Positions 9,085-17,229 of a DNA stretch of 64,000 nucleotides are shown here, in pieces. The notes beneath the pieces are model-generated. The model was not told the DNA's origin. It saw nothing but the letters and a program-made list of their open reading frames with translations, and did no database searches. The first letter of the stretch is position 1. Each line of letters begins with the position of its first letter. The translations under genes and the position numbers were made by a program. This DNA is from an uncultured Saprospiraceae bacterium. GTDB lineage: Bacteria; Bacteroidota; Bacteroidia; Chitinophagales; Saprospiraceae. The stretch covers positions 9,839 through 73,838 of the forward strand of contig CALLWB010000040.1 of the NCBI GenBank assembly GCA_938016265.1. Direction: 5' to 3'.

Positions 9085-9936
9085 TTAATCAATGATTTCC
9101 ATCACCACTCTAAATCCTCGTTCGTCGCTGGCGCTTTTGGTGGTGTCGTATTTTTCTTCTACCCAGGTTTGTAGATAATAGCCGGTGTCTTTCCAGCTTC
9201 CTCCTTTTGATATTCCGGCTTCACGGACAAGCTCTTCTACATTGCCTGCCAGGTTGTGAATGCCTAGGTCGTTTGGTTCAAAAGCATCAACTGGGCTGGT
9301 TTCGAGTCGGTAGCTTCCATCTGAAATAACAGTTGATCTAACGTTGCCATTGGGGGTTGATTTTTTTCCGATATGGTATTGGGGGATTGCTTTGAAGTTT
9401 GCCAGCCACTCCCCTCTTTCATTTTGCAGGGTCCATCCGTCCCAGGGAAATCTGACCTGGTAATTTCCACTGGTTGCAGCATAGGTCCATTGGGCAACGG
9501 TGGGTAATTTGAATTGCACATTTTTGAATTTTCTTTTTTGCTCTTTTTGGTATTTTTTGGTGAGCCAATAGCAGTAGGTGGTTGCTTGGTTGTAGGAGAT
9601 GCCTAATGCGGGATGATTGTCATAGGCTGGGTGTCTGAAGTAATTCCCTACAAAGGGTTCTCCAAAATAATGGTAATCGCGGTCAATGATTGTATCCGGT
9701 AGCATTTTAGGATAAAGCTGTGGGTCCATCACTCTCAAATCGGAAAGAAACTCACGGTATTGCAGATTGGTTACCTCATATTTGTTTATGTAAAACGAAT
9801 CCAAGGAAACGACTCTAGCAGGTGGTATTCTTGAAAGTGAATCCTTGGGATTGTCTATCATATACCACTCAATTGCGCCCTTCTTGTTGGCTTTATCATT
9901 GTAGCCATATTGAAATTCGGATTTAGGGATGAGCAC
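9085..9936 (-). CDS. FGE-sulfatase (SUMF1/formylglycine-generating-enzyme) domain protein; N-terminus appears disrupted by a frameshift
   Basis: Motifs are FYINKYEVTNLQYREF, GNVEELV, KGGSWKD and GFRVV. The ORF starts at a GTG with no signal peptide, but a signal-peptide-like ORF lies in another frame just upstream. Confidence 0.75.
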   Translation of the reverse strand: MLIPKSEFQYGYNDKANKKGAIEWYMIDNPKDSLSRIPPARVVSLDSFYINKYEVTNLQYREFLSDLRVMDPQLYPKMLPDTIIDRDYHYFGEPFVGNYFRHPAYDNHPALGISYNQATTYCYWLTKKYQKEQKRKFKNVQFKLPTVAQWTYAATSGNYQVRFPWDGWTLQNERGEWLANFKAIPQYHIGKKSTPNGNVRSTVISDGSYRLETSPVDAFEPNDLGIHNLAGNVEELVREAGISKGGSWKDTGYYLQTWVEEKYDTTKSASDERGFRVVMEIID

Positions 9937-10110
9937 GAATGATTTTTCGAACTTTTTTTAAATGGAAGCCTTGGTTTTTCTTCTTTTTAGTGGAGAAGGA
10001 CAAAAGGGTTAGGACTAGGAAGATATATGTTTTGTTCACAATGATTATACGTTTTATTTAACGATCTTCTCCGCTGTGGAGCGCTTACCTCAATTGGCAG
10101 TCATGTATTA

Positions 10111-11064
10111 TTAGCCGTAAATTTTTTGAAATTTAGTTTTAATCATATTTATGTATTCCATTTTCAATTCTTGCGACAAGAAGCTTTTATTTATTAAATC
10201 TTCCCAGTTCGATTTTGATTTTTCAAATTTCACAAAAATGTTCTCTATTGCTTTTGAATTTATGCCACTTGTATGCATTGCGGCTTCAAAATCATTCTTC
10301 TTAAGTTTTTTCTTTTTGCCATTTAGATGCAAAGCTAATTCTTCGTCGTCTCCTTCGACAAGTAGTTCTGAAGCCACCAAATCATAGGCTGGGCACAAAC
10401 TGTATTCTTTTTCCTCATTTTTAAGTAAGGAGAAATTTTTTAAATGCATATCATTGTTGCCTGTGAGGTAGCAAAAAAGTACCAATTCATAAAAATTGAC
10501 TTTATCAAATCCAGGGTTTGTTGTGTATGAGTTAATTGCCCTTGCAACTTGTTCATGAGAGCCTTTATATTTATGTTCAGTTTGCCTTTCGGTTAATTGA
10601 CACATATCTTCCATGTGGTATTTTCGATTTTTTGACCGATCAATTCTCCTTGTTATATAAGCTAGTTCACCTGATTTCAATCTAATTAATGAATGCGGGA
10701 CAGTTTTGATTTTCATGCTTTCTGCTAAGTGCATTGTTACATCTTCAACTTCTGGAAGTTCTTTATATAATTCAGTTTGTGGTTTTAAGATGTATTGGCC
10801 CCATAATCCTACAATCGTAAATCGTTCAACAGTTGAGTCCTCTGTCATTTTTGTTCTTGCCAATGATAATTTTGGTTGTACTCCTGTTACTGTTTTTTGA
10901 CTTTTGACAACCTTTACTGCTAATTGAAGCATGTCATTTTGTGAATATTCAATCTTTGGAGCAGCCTTAGTGCCAAAGATTTTTTTGCTACAGCTTTGGT
11001 GATATTCCTGAAGGTGGTATTCTTCTTTTGTCAATTCTTCATAACAGTACAAACATTTATTCAT
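10111..11064 (-). CDS. HipA-family Ser/Thr kinase toxin, kinase core only (HipT-like), with an N-terminal CxxC...HxxC motif
   Basis: The Gly-rich loop is VTGVQPKLSL, the catalytic loop is GNNDMHLKNFSL and the Mg-binding segment is CPAYDLVAS. The N-terminus is MNKCLYCYEEL...YHQSCSKKIFG. The gene overlaps its upstream neighbour by 8 nt. Confidence 0.85.
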   Translation of the reverse strand: MNKCLYCYEELTKEEYHLQEYHQSCSKKIFGTKAAPKIEYSQNDMLQLAVKVVKSQKTVTGVQPKLSLARTKMTEDSTVERFTIVGLWGQYILKPQTELYKELPEVEDVTMHLAESMKIKTVPHSLIRLKSGELAYITRRIDRSKNRKYHMEDMCQLTERQTEHKYKGSHEQVARAINSYTTNPGFDKVNFYELVLFCYLTGNNDMHLKNFSLLKNEEKEYSLCPAYDLVASELLVEGDDEELALHLNGKKKKLKKNDFEAAMHTSGINSKAIENIFVKFEKSKSNWEDLINKSFLSQELKMEYINMIKTKFQKIYG

Positions 11065-11389
11065 TTTCTACTTCTTTTATTTCCATTACGGATACTGCTC
11101 CTATGCAATCCGTGCAGGTAGCTAGTAAAATACTCATCCTATCTCTGACATCTAGTTTCCAATTTTTTGTTGTAATATCTAATAACCATCCTTCAGGAAT
11201 TAGTCCATCAAAGAACGGAAACAGAATTTTGCTTGTATATTTTTCGGGCCTTAAAGGTATTGTTAAGCTGATTGGCTCTGGTTCTTCCGAATCCAAATAT
11301 TGGTTGTCATATTTGTAGTGATATCCTTCTTCATTTTCTATCAGAATACCCGCCAACTTATCGTGCATAAAAATTTTTGCGCTTCTCAT
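11057..11389 (-). CDS. stand-alone HipA N-terminal-domain protein (HipS-like, putative antitoxin)
   Basis: At 110 aa, the segments LAGILIENEEGYHYKYDNQYL, PISLTIPL, LFPFFDGLIPEGWL and CTDCIGAVSV match the Couple_hipA pattern. The gene overlaps both neighbours (4 nt and 8 nt). Confidence 0.8.
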   Translation of the reverse strand: MRSAKIFMHDKLAGILIENEEGYHYKYDNQYLDSEEPEPISLTIPLRPEKYTSKILFPFFDGLIPEGWLLDITTKNWKLDVRDRMSILLATCTDCIGAVSVMEIKEVENE

Positions 11390-11601
11390 TCTCTTCTATA
11401 TTTTACTGGGCCTAGTTCGCATCCGAATAGTTCCAGTACTTGATTGACTTTATCCATTTTAAGTGTTTCTTTGCCTCTTTCTAGTTCTCTTACAAATCTT
11501 ACACCGACGCCAGCTTTTGCTGCCATTTCCACTTGAGTTAGTTTTAAAGACTTTCTTCTTTTTTTTACAAATTCCTTTAATGCCAGTTTTTCATCTTTCA
11601 T
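11386..11601 (-). CDS. XRE-family helix-turn-helix regulator (HipB-like)
   Basis: At 71 aa, the HTH segment is LKLTQVEMAAKAGVGVRFVRELERGK. It is the first gene of the three-gene module, with an ATGA overlap with the next gene. Confidence 0.85.
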   Translation of the reverse strand: MKDEKLALKEFVKKRRKSLKLTQVEMAAKAGVGVRFVRELERGKETLKMDKVNQVLELFGCELGPVKYRRE

Positions 11602-11604
11602 AAT

Positions 11605-11740
11605 GTACCTTTTCGGGTATAAATATAGGATATTTTATATAAACAACCCCGAACGGGTACAAATAATTTCATTTTACTAAAAATAACCCCCTTCGGGTAT
11701 AAAAACAAAGAAAATCTTCCTTGTCTACCCGAACGGGTAC
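11605..11740 (-). promoter_or_regulatory. four operator-like CGGGTA(Y)A sites at an exact 40-bp spacing upstream of the HipB-like gene
   Basis: CGGGTA starts at 11614, 11654, 11694 and 11734. The site at 11726-11739 is a perfect 6+2+6 palindrome (TACCCG AA CGGGTA). The other three keep the right arm and have a degenerate left arm. Confidence 0.5.
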
Positions 11741-11799
11741 ACCTACGTTGATGTCTCGGTTTTTCAAAGCACTAGAATAGTCCTATTTTCAAATATGCT

Positions 11800-13023
11800 T
11801 CACCACTTTAAAACAATAAATCCAAATACAACGATCAATACGAAAGATAATAGATGGAAGTAAATTCTCCAATTGGACGTTGGTTTTACTTGATTTTCTG
11901 TGTGTTCTATGGAGTTACTCCAAGCGATAAAGGCGTCGGCCATTGGCAATTGGCCGAATATGTATTTTTTCTTTGAGTTGGTAGTGTAGGCTGCGCCAAA
12001 TCCTTCAATTGAATTTCGCAGTCCCTGGTAAGTGTTCCAGTTTTTGAATTTGCCCATGGTGCGTTGGCCAACTATCGATGCGGCACCGCCGATGCCAAAA
12101 ATGACTGGGCCGGAATCGATGTCTCCGCCTCCCATGGTTCCTTTGGGGTATTCTCGTATTCCAGGGAGTCCGAATCTGGAGTCTTGGAATTGAGTTTTGT
12201 AGATTTCAAATTGTTTCTTGGCAAATGCTTCATCGATGTCGATTAGGAAATTGAGGATTAGGCTTTGGGAGGAGCCTCTTGCGCCTTCGATGGTTTGGCC
12301 AGTTGATGAATTTACGGAATGTGGGATGAGCTGGGTTTTCGGATCTAGTTGTTGTTTTACTTTTGTAATCCAAGCATTTATTGATTCTTGGTATTTGGCT
12401 TCGAAGATTTTGTCGTGGGTGCTTACGGAGGCCATTGCCACCATCATATCTGCGGGCCAGGAGTTTTGCGAGTAGGATTCTAGAAAAGGGGTTGCTGAAT
12501 TGCTTAGGGCCACTACAATTTGGTTGCAATTTTGAACAAGGAGTTGTACTTCGTAAGGATCTCTGTCTGTTTCTGCCTGGATCTTTAGTTTGTTGGCTAG
12601 CAATAAATTGCTCCATCCTTGGTAGAATGCGCCATATTTAAGTGGCAATTCTTTACTAAAAATCTGCTTGGCGAGGGGGGAATCTACTTGTAATACGGCC
12701 CAATTGATTTCGGTCATTCCTTCTTTGAAAATAGCGGAGTTCTTGTCTAGGTCCTGAATTAAATTCACCCATGTCAATCCATATAAAGAGTTGATAAAAA
12801 CGAATCCTTCGGGGAATATATTTTGCATGTCTGCTCCAGCTCCATTGTGCAGTTTTGTTTTTAGAAAATGGAGTTGTTGGTAGACATCTTGGTTGTAGGT
12901 GCTAGTGGTTGATTTTTTGAATGTTGGTTGGTAGTAGGTGGAGTAATTTAGGTAGATTATTCCCAGGATTAGGAGGATCAGGGGTAATTTTAGGAGTTTT
13001 TTTATTGTTTTTTGGGGCTTCAT
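11800..13023 (-). CDS. hypothetical membrane-anchored protein (N- and C-terminal TM helices, large helical central domain)
   Basis: The ORF is 11800..13068 with a TTG start. The ATG at 13023 gives MKPQKTIKKLLKLPLILLILGIIYL. The C-terminal TM is IYFHLLSFVLIVVFGFIVL. I recognised no family. Confidence 0.6.
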   Translation of the reverse strand: MKPQKTIKKLLKLPLILLILGIIYLNYSTYYQPTFKKSTTSTYNQDVYQQLHFLKTKLHNGAGADMQNIFPEGFVFINSLYGLTWVNLIQDLDKNSAIFKEGMTEINWAVLQVDSPLAKQIFSKELPLKYGAFYQGWSNLLLANKLKIQAETDRDPYEVQLLVQNCNQIVVALSNSATPFLESYSQNSWPADMMVAMASVSTHDKIFEAKYQESINAWITKVKQQLDPKTQLIPHSVNSSTGQTIEGARGSSQSLILNFLIDIDEAFAKKQFEIYKTQFQDSRFGLPGIREYPKGTMGGGDIDSGPVIFGIGGAASIVGQRTMGKFKNWNTYQGLRNSIEGFGAAYTTNSKKKYIFGQLPMADAFIAWSNSIEHTENQVKPTSNWRIYFHLLSFVLIVVFGFIVLKW

Positions 13024-13082
13024 TTTTTGTTGTGTAGGGGAAGGCTGTTCTTTAAAAGAGAATAGCAATTTTATTTATTTAG

Positions 13083-13853
13083 TTATTTCTCGCTAAGTGT
13101 TCTGTGTGCGCTCTGCCTAATATCGGTTGCGTACTTGATATTGGAAACTACTGCTAAATTTTCTAAGATCTTTATTGGAGTATATTTATTCTTTGAAATG
13201 CTTCTTAGAAATCTTGGAATTTGCATTTTGTATTTTTCGACTATGAAAGGTATCTCCCTAGAAATGAGCAGCTCTTGTGCTACTAGCACTTCTTCGTGCA
13301 GTATTACCATTTTTTTTGCGTCCTTAATTGCTTCTTCAAATATTATTGTTTTTGCATTCCTTTTTTTTATGTAATGCGCCAGAGAAACAAATAATTCTTC
13401 CTCTTTGGAAAACTCCTCTAGAAACGACTTGAATACAGCTGATGAAATTTTGGGAGCGTCGTAATAACATTGGCCTGCTGTTAACAGCGCTTCACTCGGG
13501 GAATCCTTCCTCCTAGCAATTTTAAGCAATAAGTCAATAGGCTCGCTTCTATGCGCTAAAGCATGAATAAATCTTCCCTCTTCCAACAATTCAAAAAGTA
13601 CTTCATGAGGGAAGTTACTGTTAAATATAAATCCCTCAAAAATTTCTTTGCCAATATCCTTATACTTTAACAAGGCAGTTTTGATGCTTACTATTTGATT
13701 TAATGGTAGAAGCGCCTTAGTTGATGCTTCATTGATTTCATTTCTAAAGGTTAGATGGCTTCCTGTATCGTTCTCGTAGTTTTCTACAATACGCCTGCAC
13801 ATTTCCTTGTCTAACAGGTAGTCAACGATGTTATTTTCTGTTATTTTGATCAT
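13083..13853 (-). CDS. hypothetical all-alpha protein with weak leucine-rich-repeat-variant/HEAT-like segments
   Basis: It is a 256-aa ORF with low GC and an ATGA overlap with the upstream gene. Segments such as ALAHRSEPIDLLLKIA and KYTPIKILENLAVV resemble LRV repeats only loosely. Confidence 0.5.
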   Translation of the reverse strand: MIKITENNIVDYLLDKEMCRRIVENYENDTGSHLTFRNEINEASTKALLPLNQIVSIKTALLKYKDIGKEIFEGFIFNSNFPHEVLFELLEEGRFIHALAHRSEPIDLLLKIARRKDSPSEALLTAGQCYYDAPKISSAVFKSFLEEFSKEEELFVSLAHYIKKRNAKTIIFEEAIKDAKKMVILHEEVLVAQELLISREIPFIVEKYKMQIPRFLRSISKNKYTPIKILENLAVVSNIKYATDIRQSAHRTLSEK

Positions 13854-14281
13854 TTGTATTTGTGATTTCCTAAAGCTGTGTTGGCTTGTTTTAGTATACG
13901 AATTACCGATTTTAGCTCCTCTTTTCTATCTAATTTTACTAGGATCAAGCTTTCTTCTTTGTTGTTTTGGAATAGGATTTTCTTTTCTGCTTCAAAAGGG
14001 TAATCTTCTAGCCAAACAAAATTGGAGGTAAAATCGATGGCTTCTGTTTTCAAAGTATCCCAATTTGTTGGCTTTACATTTTCTAATGATTTTAAATCCA
14101 TCTTGGATAAAAAGCCTCTTAAATACTCCATCGCCTTATTTTCTCCGTTTCTGCAATGGGTGGTTAGCCAATAACAGTCGTAGTTGTTGATGACATAGGC
14201 AATAAATTCAGAAACGTGGTCTGGAGGTTGTTGCTTTTTTGTTAATAGTACGCCGTCGATGTCTAGGTAGGCTTTTGTCAT
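13850..14281 (-). CDS. small HAD-superfamily-like phosphatase/hydrolase (hypothetical)
   Basis: The internal ATG gives MTKAYLDIDGVLL, which carries the DxDGV HAD motif I. The WLTTH and WLEDYP segments could be motifs II and IV. The full ORF extends to 14341. Confidence 0.45.
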   Translation of the reverse strand: MTKAYLDIDGVLLTKKQQPPDHVSEFIAYVINNYDCYWLTTHCRNGENKAMEYLRGFLSKMDLKSLENVKPTNWDTLKTEAIDFTSNFVWLEDYPFEAEKKILFQNNKEESLILVKLDRKEELKSVIRILKQANTALGNHKYK

Positions 14282-14353
14282 AATTTGGAATATAAATCCG
14301 CTTCTGCTTTTTCTGTAAACCGATTTCCTGCCATTACTCACGTTTAGCCGCTT

Positions 14354-14515
14354 TTACTTCCCCAAATGGTCTGCAGGGTCAAAATCATGTGTAATACCAC
14401 TATTGATTCCCTCCTCAATTGCTTGGCGTAAAACAATAACATTGTTCTCTTTTTCCTCTAATAATCGAAATCCTCCTCGTATGACTTCTCTTGCATTAGA
14501 TTTATTCTTGCTCAT
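14354..14515 (-). pseudogene. N-terminally truncated ParD-type (RHH) antitoxin remnant with no partner toxin
   Basis: NAREVIRGGFRLLEEKENNVIVLRQAIEEGINSGITHDFDP matches the C-terminal two thirds of ParD-family antitoxins. The N-terminal ribbon strand is absent and there is no ParE-like ORF adjacent. Confidence 0.45.
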
Positions 14516-14710
14516 TGTTTCCTGTTGTGCGAAAAATCCAAATTGCAAAGGTTTGAAGTTCCTCAATAAAGTAGACACAAAGATAAGTTAGAAATTATCA
14601 ACATCAATATACAATACCATAAACAACCACACCCCACCCAACATCAAAAAAAATCAACAAAAAGGAAACTTTAATCCTCAATTTTCGGTTCTTCCCCAAA
14701 AACAACAAAA

Positions 14711-15352
14711 ATGAACCTAACTACCATAAAATACACCGAATACGAGTCTCAAGTCCCCCAAGAAGGTAGACACCTCATCGGCCAGACCCGAGGAGACAAC
14801 ATCATTGTCTACCAGGCATTCAACCCACGAATAGTCACTTACGCCATCGCCAATCAACAGTTTGGCGGCGCACATTACAAGTTTACCAGAATGTCCTGGA
14901 TCAAACCTAACTTTTTGTGGATGATGTACCGGGCTGGCTGGGCAGACAAGGAGCACCAACAACAAATCCTAGCCATAGAAATCACCAAGACCAACTTCCT
15001 AGCGCTACTAGAGGCAGCCGTTCATTCTACCTACAAAGAACACCTGTTCCACACCCACGAAAACTGGAAACAACAACTGGCCGACTCCAGCGTCCGCCTG
15101 CAATGGGACCCCGACCACGATCCGCACGGAGCTAAACTCCCCCGACGCGCCATCCAACTAGGACTCCGAGGAGAAACCCTAAAAAAATTCGCCACCGATT
15201 GGATCATTTCCATCGAAGACATCACCCCATTCGTAAAAGAACAAAAACGAATTTTGGATAGCGGTAAAATGGAAGAGCTACTGGTGATCAAAGAGCAAAA
15301 AATTACAATAGAAAACCAAACCATCATTGACCGACTGGAGCTGGTTATTTAA
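14711..15352 (+). CDS. DUF4291-family protein
   Basis: The central block IIVYQAFNPRI...FTRMSWIKPNFLWMMYRAGWADKEHQQQILAIEI matches my recollection of the DUF4291 core. Base composition is atypical, C/A-rich and T-poor. Confidence 0.65.
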   Translation: MNLTTIKYTEYESQVPQEGRHLIGQTRGDNIIVYQAFNPRIVTYAIANQQFGGAHYKFTRMSWIKPNFLWMMYRAGWADKEHQQQILAIEITKTNFLALLEAAVHSTYKEHLFHTHENWKQQLADSSVRLQWDPDHDPHGAKLPRRAIQLGLRGETLKKFATDWIISIEDITPFVKEQKRILDSGKMEELLVIKEQKITIENQTIIDRLELVI

Positions 15353-15353
15353 C

Positions 15354-16583
15354 CTACTCCACAAAATACATCCCCGTCTTCCCCTTATTCTTCACCTCCA
15401 CCTCTCCTCTCGAAACACACGAAAAATGCCCCTTGATCAATGCATAAGTAGCCGAACTAATATTTATTTTTCCTGGATGGGAATGCTGTTCCATTCTAGA
15501 AGCGGTATTTACGGCGTCTCCCCAAATATCATACGCGTACTTTTTCACGCCTACAATTCCCGCAACTACCGTCCCTGAGTTGATACCGATCCGCACCTCA
15601 AATTTTGATTGATTTTGTGTTAATGACTCTAGTATATCAAGGGCTGCAGCCACTGTATTTGTTGCGTGGTTTTCATTAGCAAGCGGCAAGCCACAGACGG
15701 CCATGTAGGAATCTCCAATCGTTTTTATTTTTTCCAGACCGTGCTTTTCCATGATCTGATCAAACAGCGTAAACTGCTTGTGCAGCTCCGCCACCGTCTC
15801 CACCGGACCAATCGTTTCACTGATTTTTGTAAAATTGACGAAGTCGGTGAATAGGATCGTGACGTCCTTGTATTCGCGGGCTTTTGAATCGCCAGTTTCC
15901 TTTAGTTCCTCTGCAATTTCGGAGGGTAGAATATTGAGGAGGAGGTTTTCTGATTTCTCTTTTTCGACATTTAACGCTTCATTGATTTGAAGGATGGTTT
16001 TTATGGCCAGTTTGATCTCATTGTCAAAAACGGAAATGCATAAAAACAGGACGATGACAATTCCCAATACGGAAGAATAATGAATGTAGTCTCTTAATGC
16101 CGGATCGTAACCAATCTCGAAGGAGTAGCCAGCATTCGTCATCATATAAATAATAGTCAAAAATACAATACTGATGACCAACCAAATGACCGCAATCCGC
16201 TTATTACCAACCAACATCGCAATAGCGGGAATCAGAAAAACAGCCGCCGGCGCTAACAATCCTCCCAGATAAACCATGCCCGCAAAAATACCACTACTCG
16301 CTCCCACCAGATACAAATGTGCGGTACCTTCTACCGACCAATCCCTCCGATGCAGAAACAAGGAAACCAGAATGATGAATACCGCCACCATATGGACAAC
16401 AGCTAGTCCTTGCAAATTGAGCCCCAATGCATTTGGCGTGTACAAAACATACATAAACGTAGTGATCAAAAATATTGACACTCGAATTTTGCTAGCCTGG
16501 TGCACATTTCCATCCTCCAAATGTGAAGCAGGAATGAAGTACGCCACCAACTGACCAAACCGCTTTTTAAATCCACTTACCAT
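15354..16583 (-). CDS. membrane-bound class III adenylate cyclase (6 TM plus cyclase homology domain)
   Basis: Motifs are VTILFTDFVNFT, KTIGDSYMAV, RIGINSGTVVAGIVG and YDIWGDAVNTASRME. The Lys (KTIGD) and Asp (YDIWG) positions suggest ATP specificity. Confidence 0.9.
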   Translation of the reverse strand: MVSGFKKRFGQLVAYFIPASHLEDGNVHQASKIRVSIFLITTFMYVLYTPNALGLNLQGLAVVHMVAVFIILVSLFLHRRDWSVEGTAHLYLVGASSGIFAGMVYLGGLLAPAAVFLIPAIAMLVGNKRIAVIWLVISIVFLTIIYMMTNAGYSFEIGYDPALRDYIHYSSVLGIVIVLFLCISVFDNEIKLAIKTILQINEALNVEKEKSENLLLNILPSEIAEELKETGDSKAREYKDVTILFTDFVNFTKISETIGPVETVAELHKQFTLFDQIMEKHGLEKIKTIGDSYMAVCGLPLANENHATNTVAAALDILESLTQNQSKFEVRIGINSGTVVAGIVGVKKYAYDIWGDAVNTASRMEQHSHPGKINISSATYALIKGHFSCVSRGEVEVKNKGKTGMYFVE

Positions 16584-17226
16584 GGCGTTGTTTTAGTACT
16601 TGGATAAAAACATTATCAACGATAAGACACGTCACTCCCAGCAATTGAACAAAATGGTTGTCAGGATAAAAGATAAACATCGAGACCGTGATCAAGCCCG
16701 TCCCCAGCATCTTACACCAGGCCAACAGCATAGAGAAATTGGCCGTATCCTTTGTCTGAAGCAACATCGCCAAACACTGCAACGACAAAATCACATTGAT
16801 GATATACCCCGAGTTCGATCCAATCGTCGTATCAAACCCTTCATTTCTAAAGAAATAACTAAATAACACCCAAAATAGCAGATTCGCAAAAGCGAACATC
16901 GTGAAGTGTTTTTTGAGCCCATCGGCCATTGGCTGCTTGGTGCCATACCGCAAAATAGATATGAAAATATAACAGTCCAGAAAAAAAGCACCGATGTAGG
17001 AAAGTGCATAAATAATCCCAGTATCCGGATGATAAATAAAACTCCAGACAAACTCCCAACCGATGTTTGCGCCGGCAACATAAGCAGGCATTTCTACAAA
17101 CTTCTTTTTCCTGATCTCTAGGACCAAAACCGCATAAGCGATCACCCAAAACAAACACCCAACACCATTAAAAACAAGGCCGGCAATGCTATAATCAGCT
17201 GTATTGATAAAGGGTAATTGCCACAT
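16567..17226 (-). CDS. 7-TM integral membrane protein of unrecognised family
   Basis: The 219-aa protein has seven hydrophobic segments by eye. It lies 3 nt after the upstream gene and overlaps the cyclase start by 17 nt. Confidence 0.7.
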   Translation of the reverse strand: MWQLPFINTADYSIAGLVFNGVGCLFWVIAYAVLVLEIRKKKFVEMPAYVAGANIGWEFVWSFIYHPDTGIIYALSYIGAFFLDCYIFISILRYGTKQPMADGLKKHFTMFAFANLLFWVLFSYFFRNEGFDTTIGSNSGYIINVILSLQCLAMLLQTKDTANFSMLLAWCKMLGTGLITVSMFIFYPDNHFVQLLGVTCLIVDNVFIQVLKQRHGKWI

Positions 17227-17229
17227 AAT

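Noticed and set aside
16600-17158. Several overlapping ORFs of 71-99 aa on both strands within the 7-TM gene
   Set aside because: They are composition-driven artefacts of a T-rich membrane-protein gene. Only the 219-aa frame gives seven coherent TM segments and tight coupling to its neighbours.
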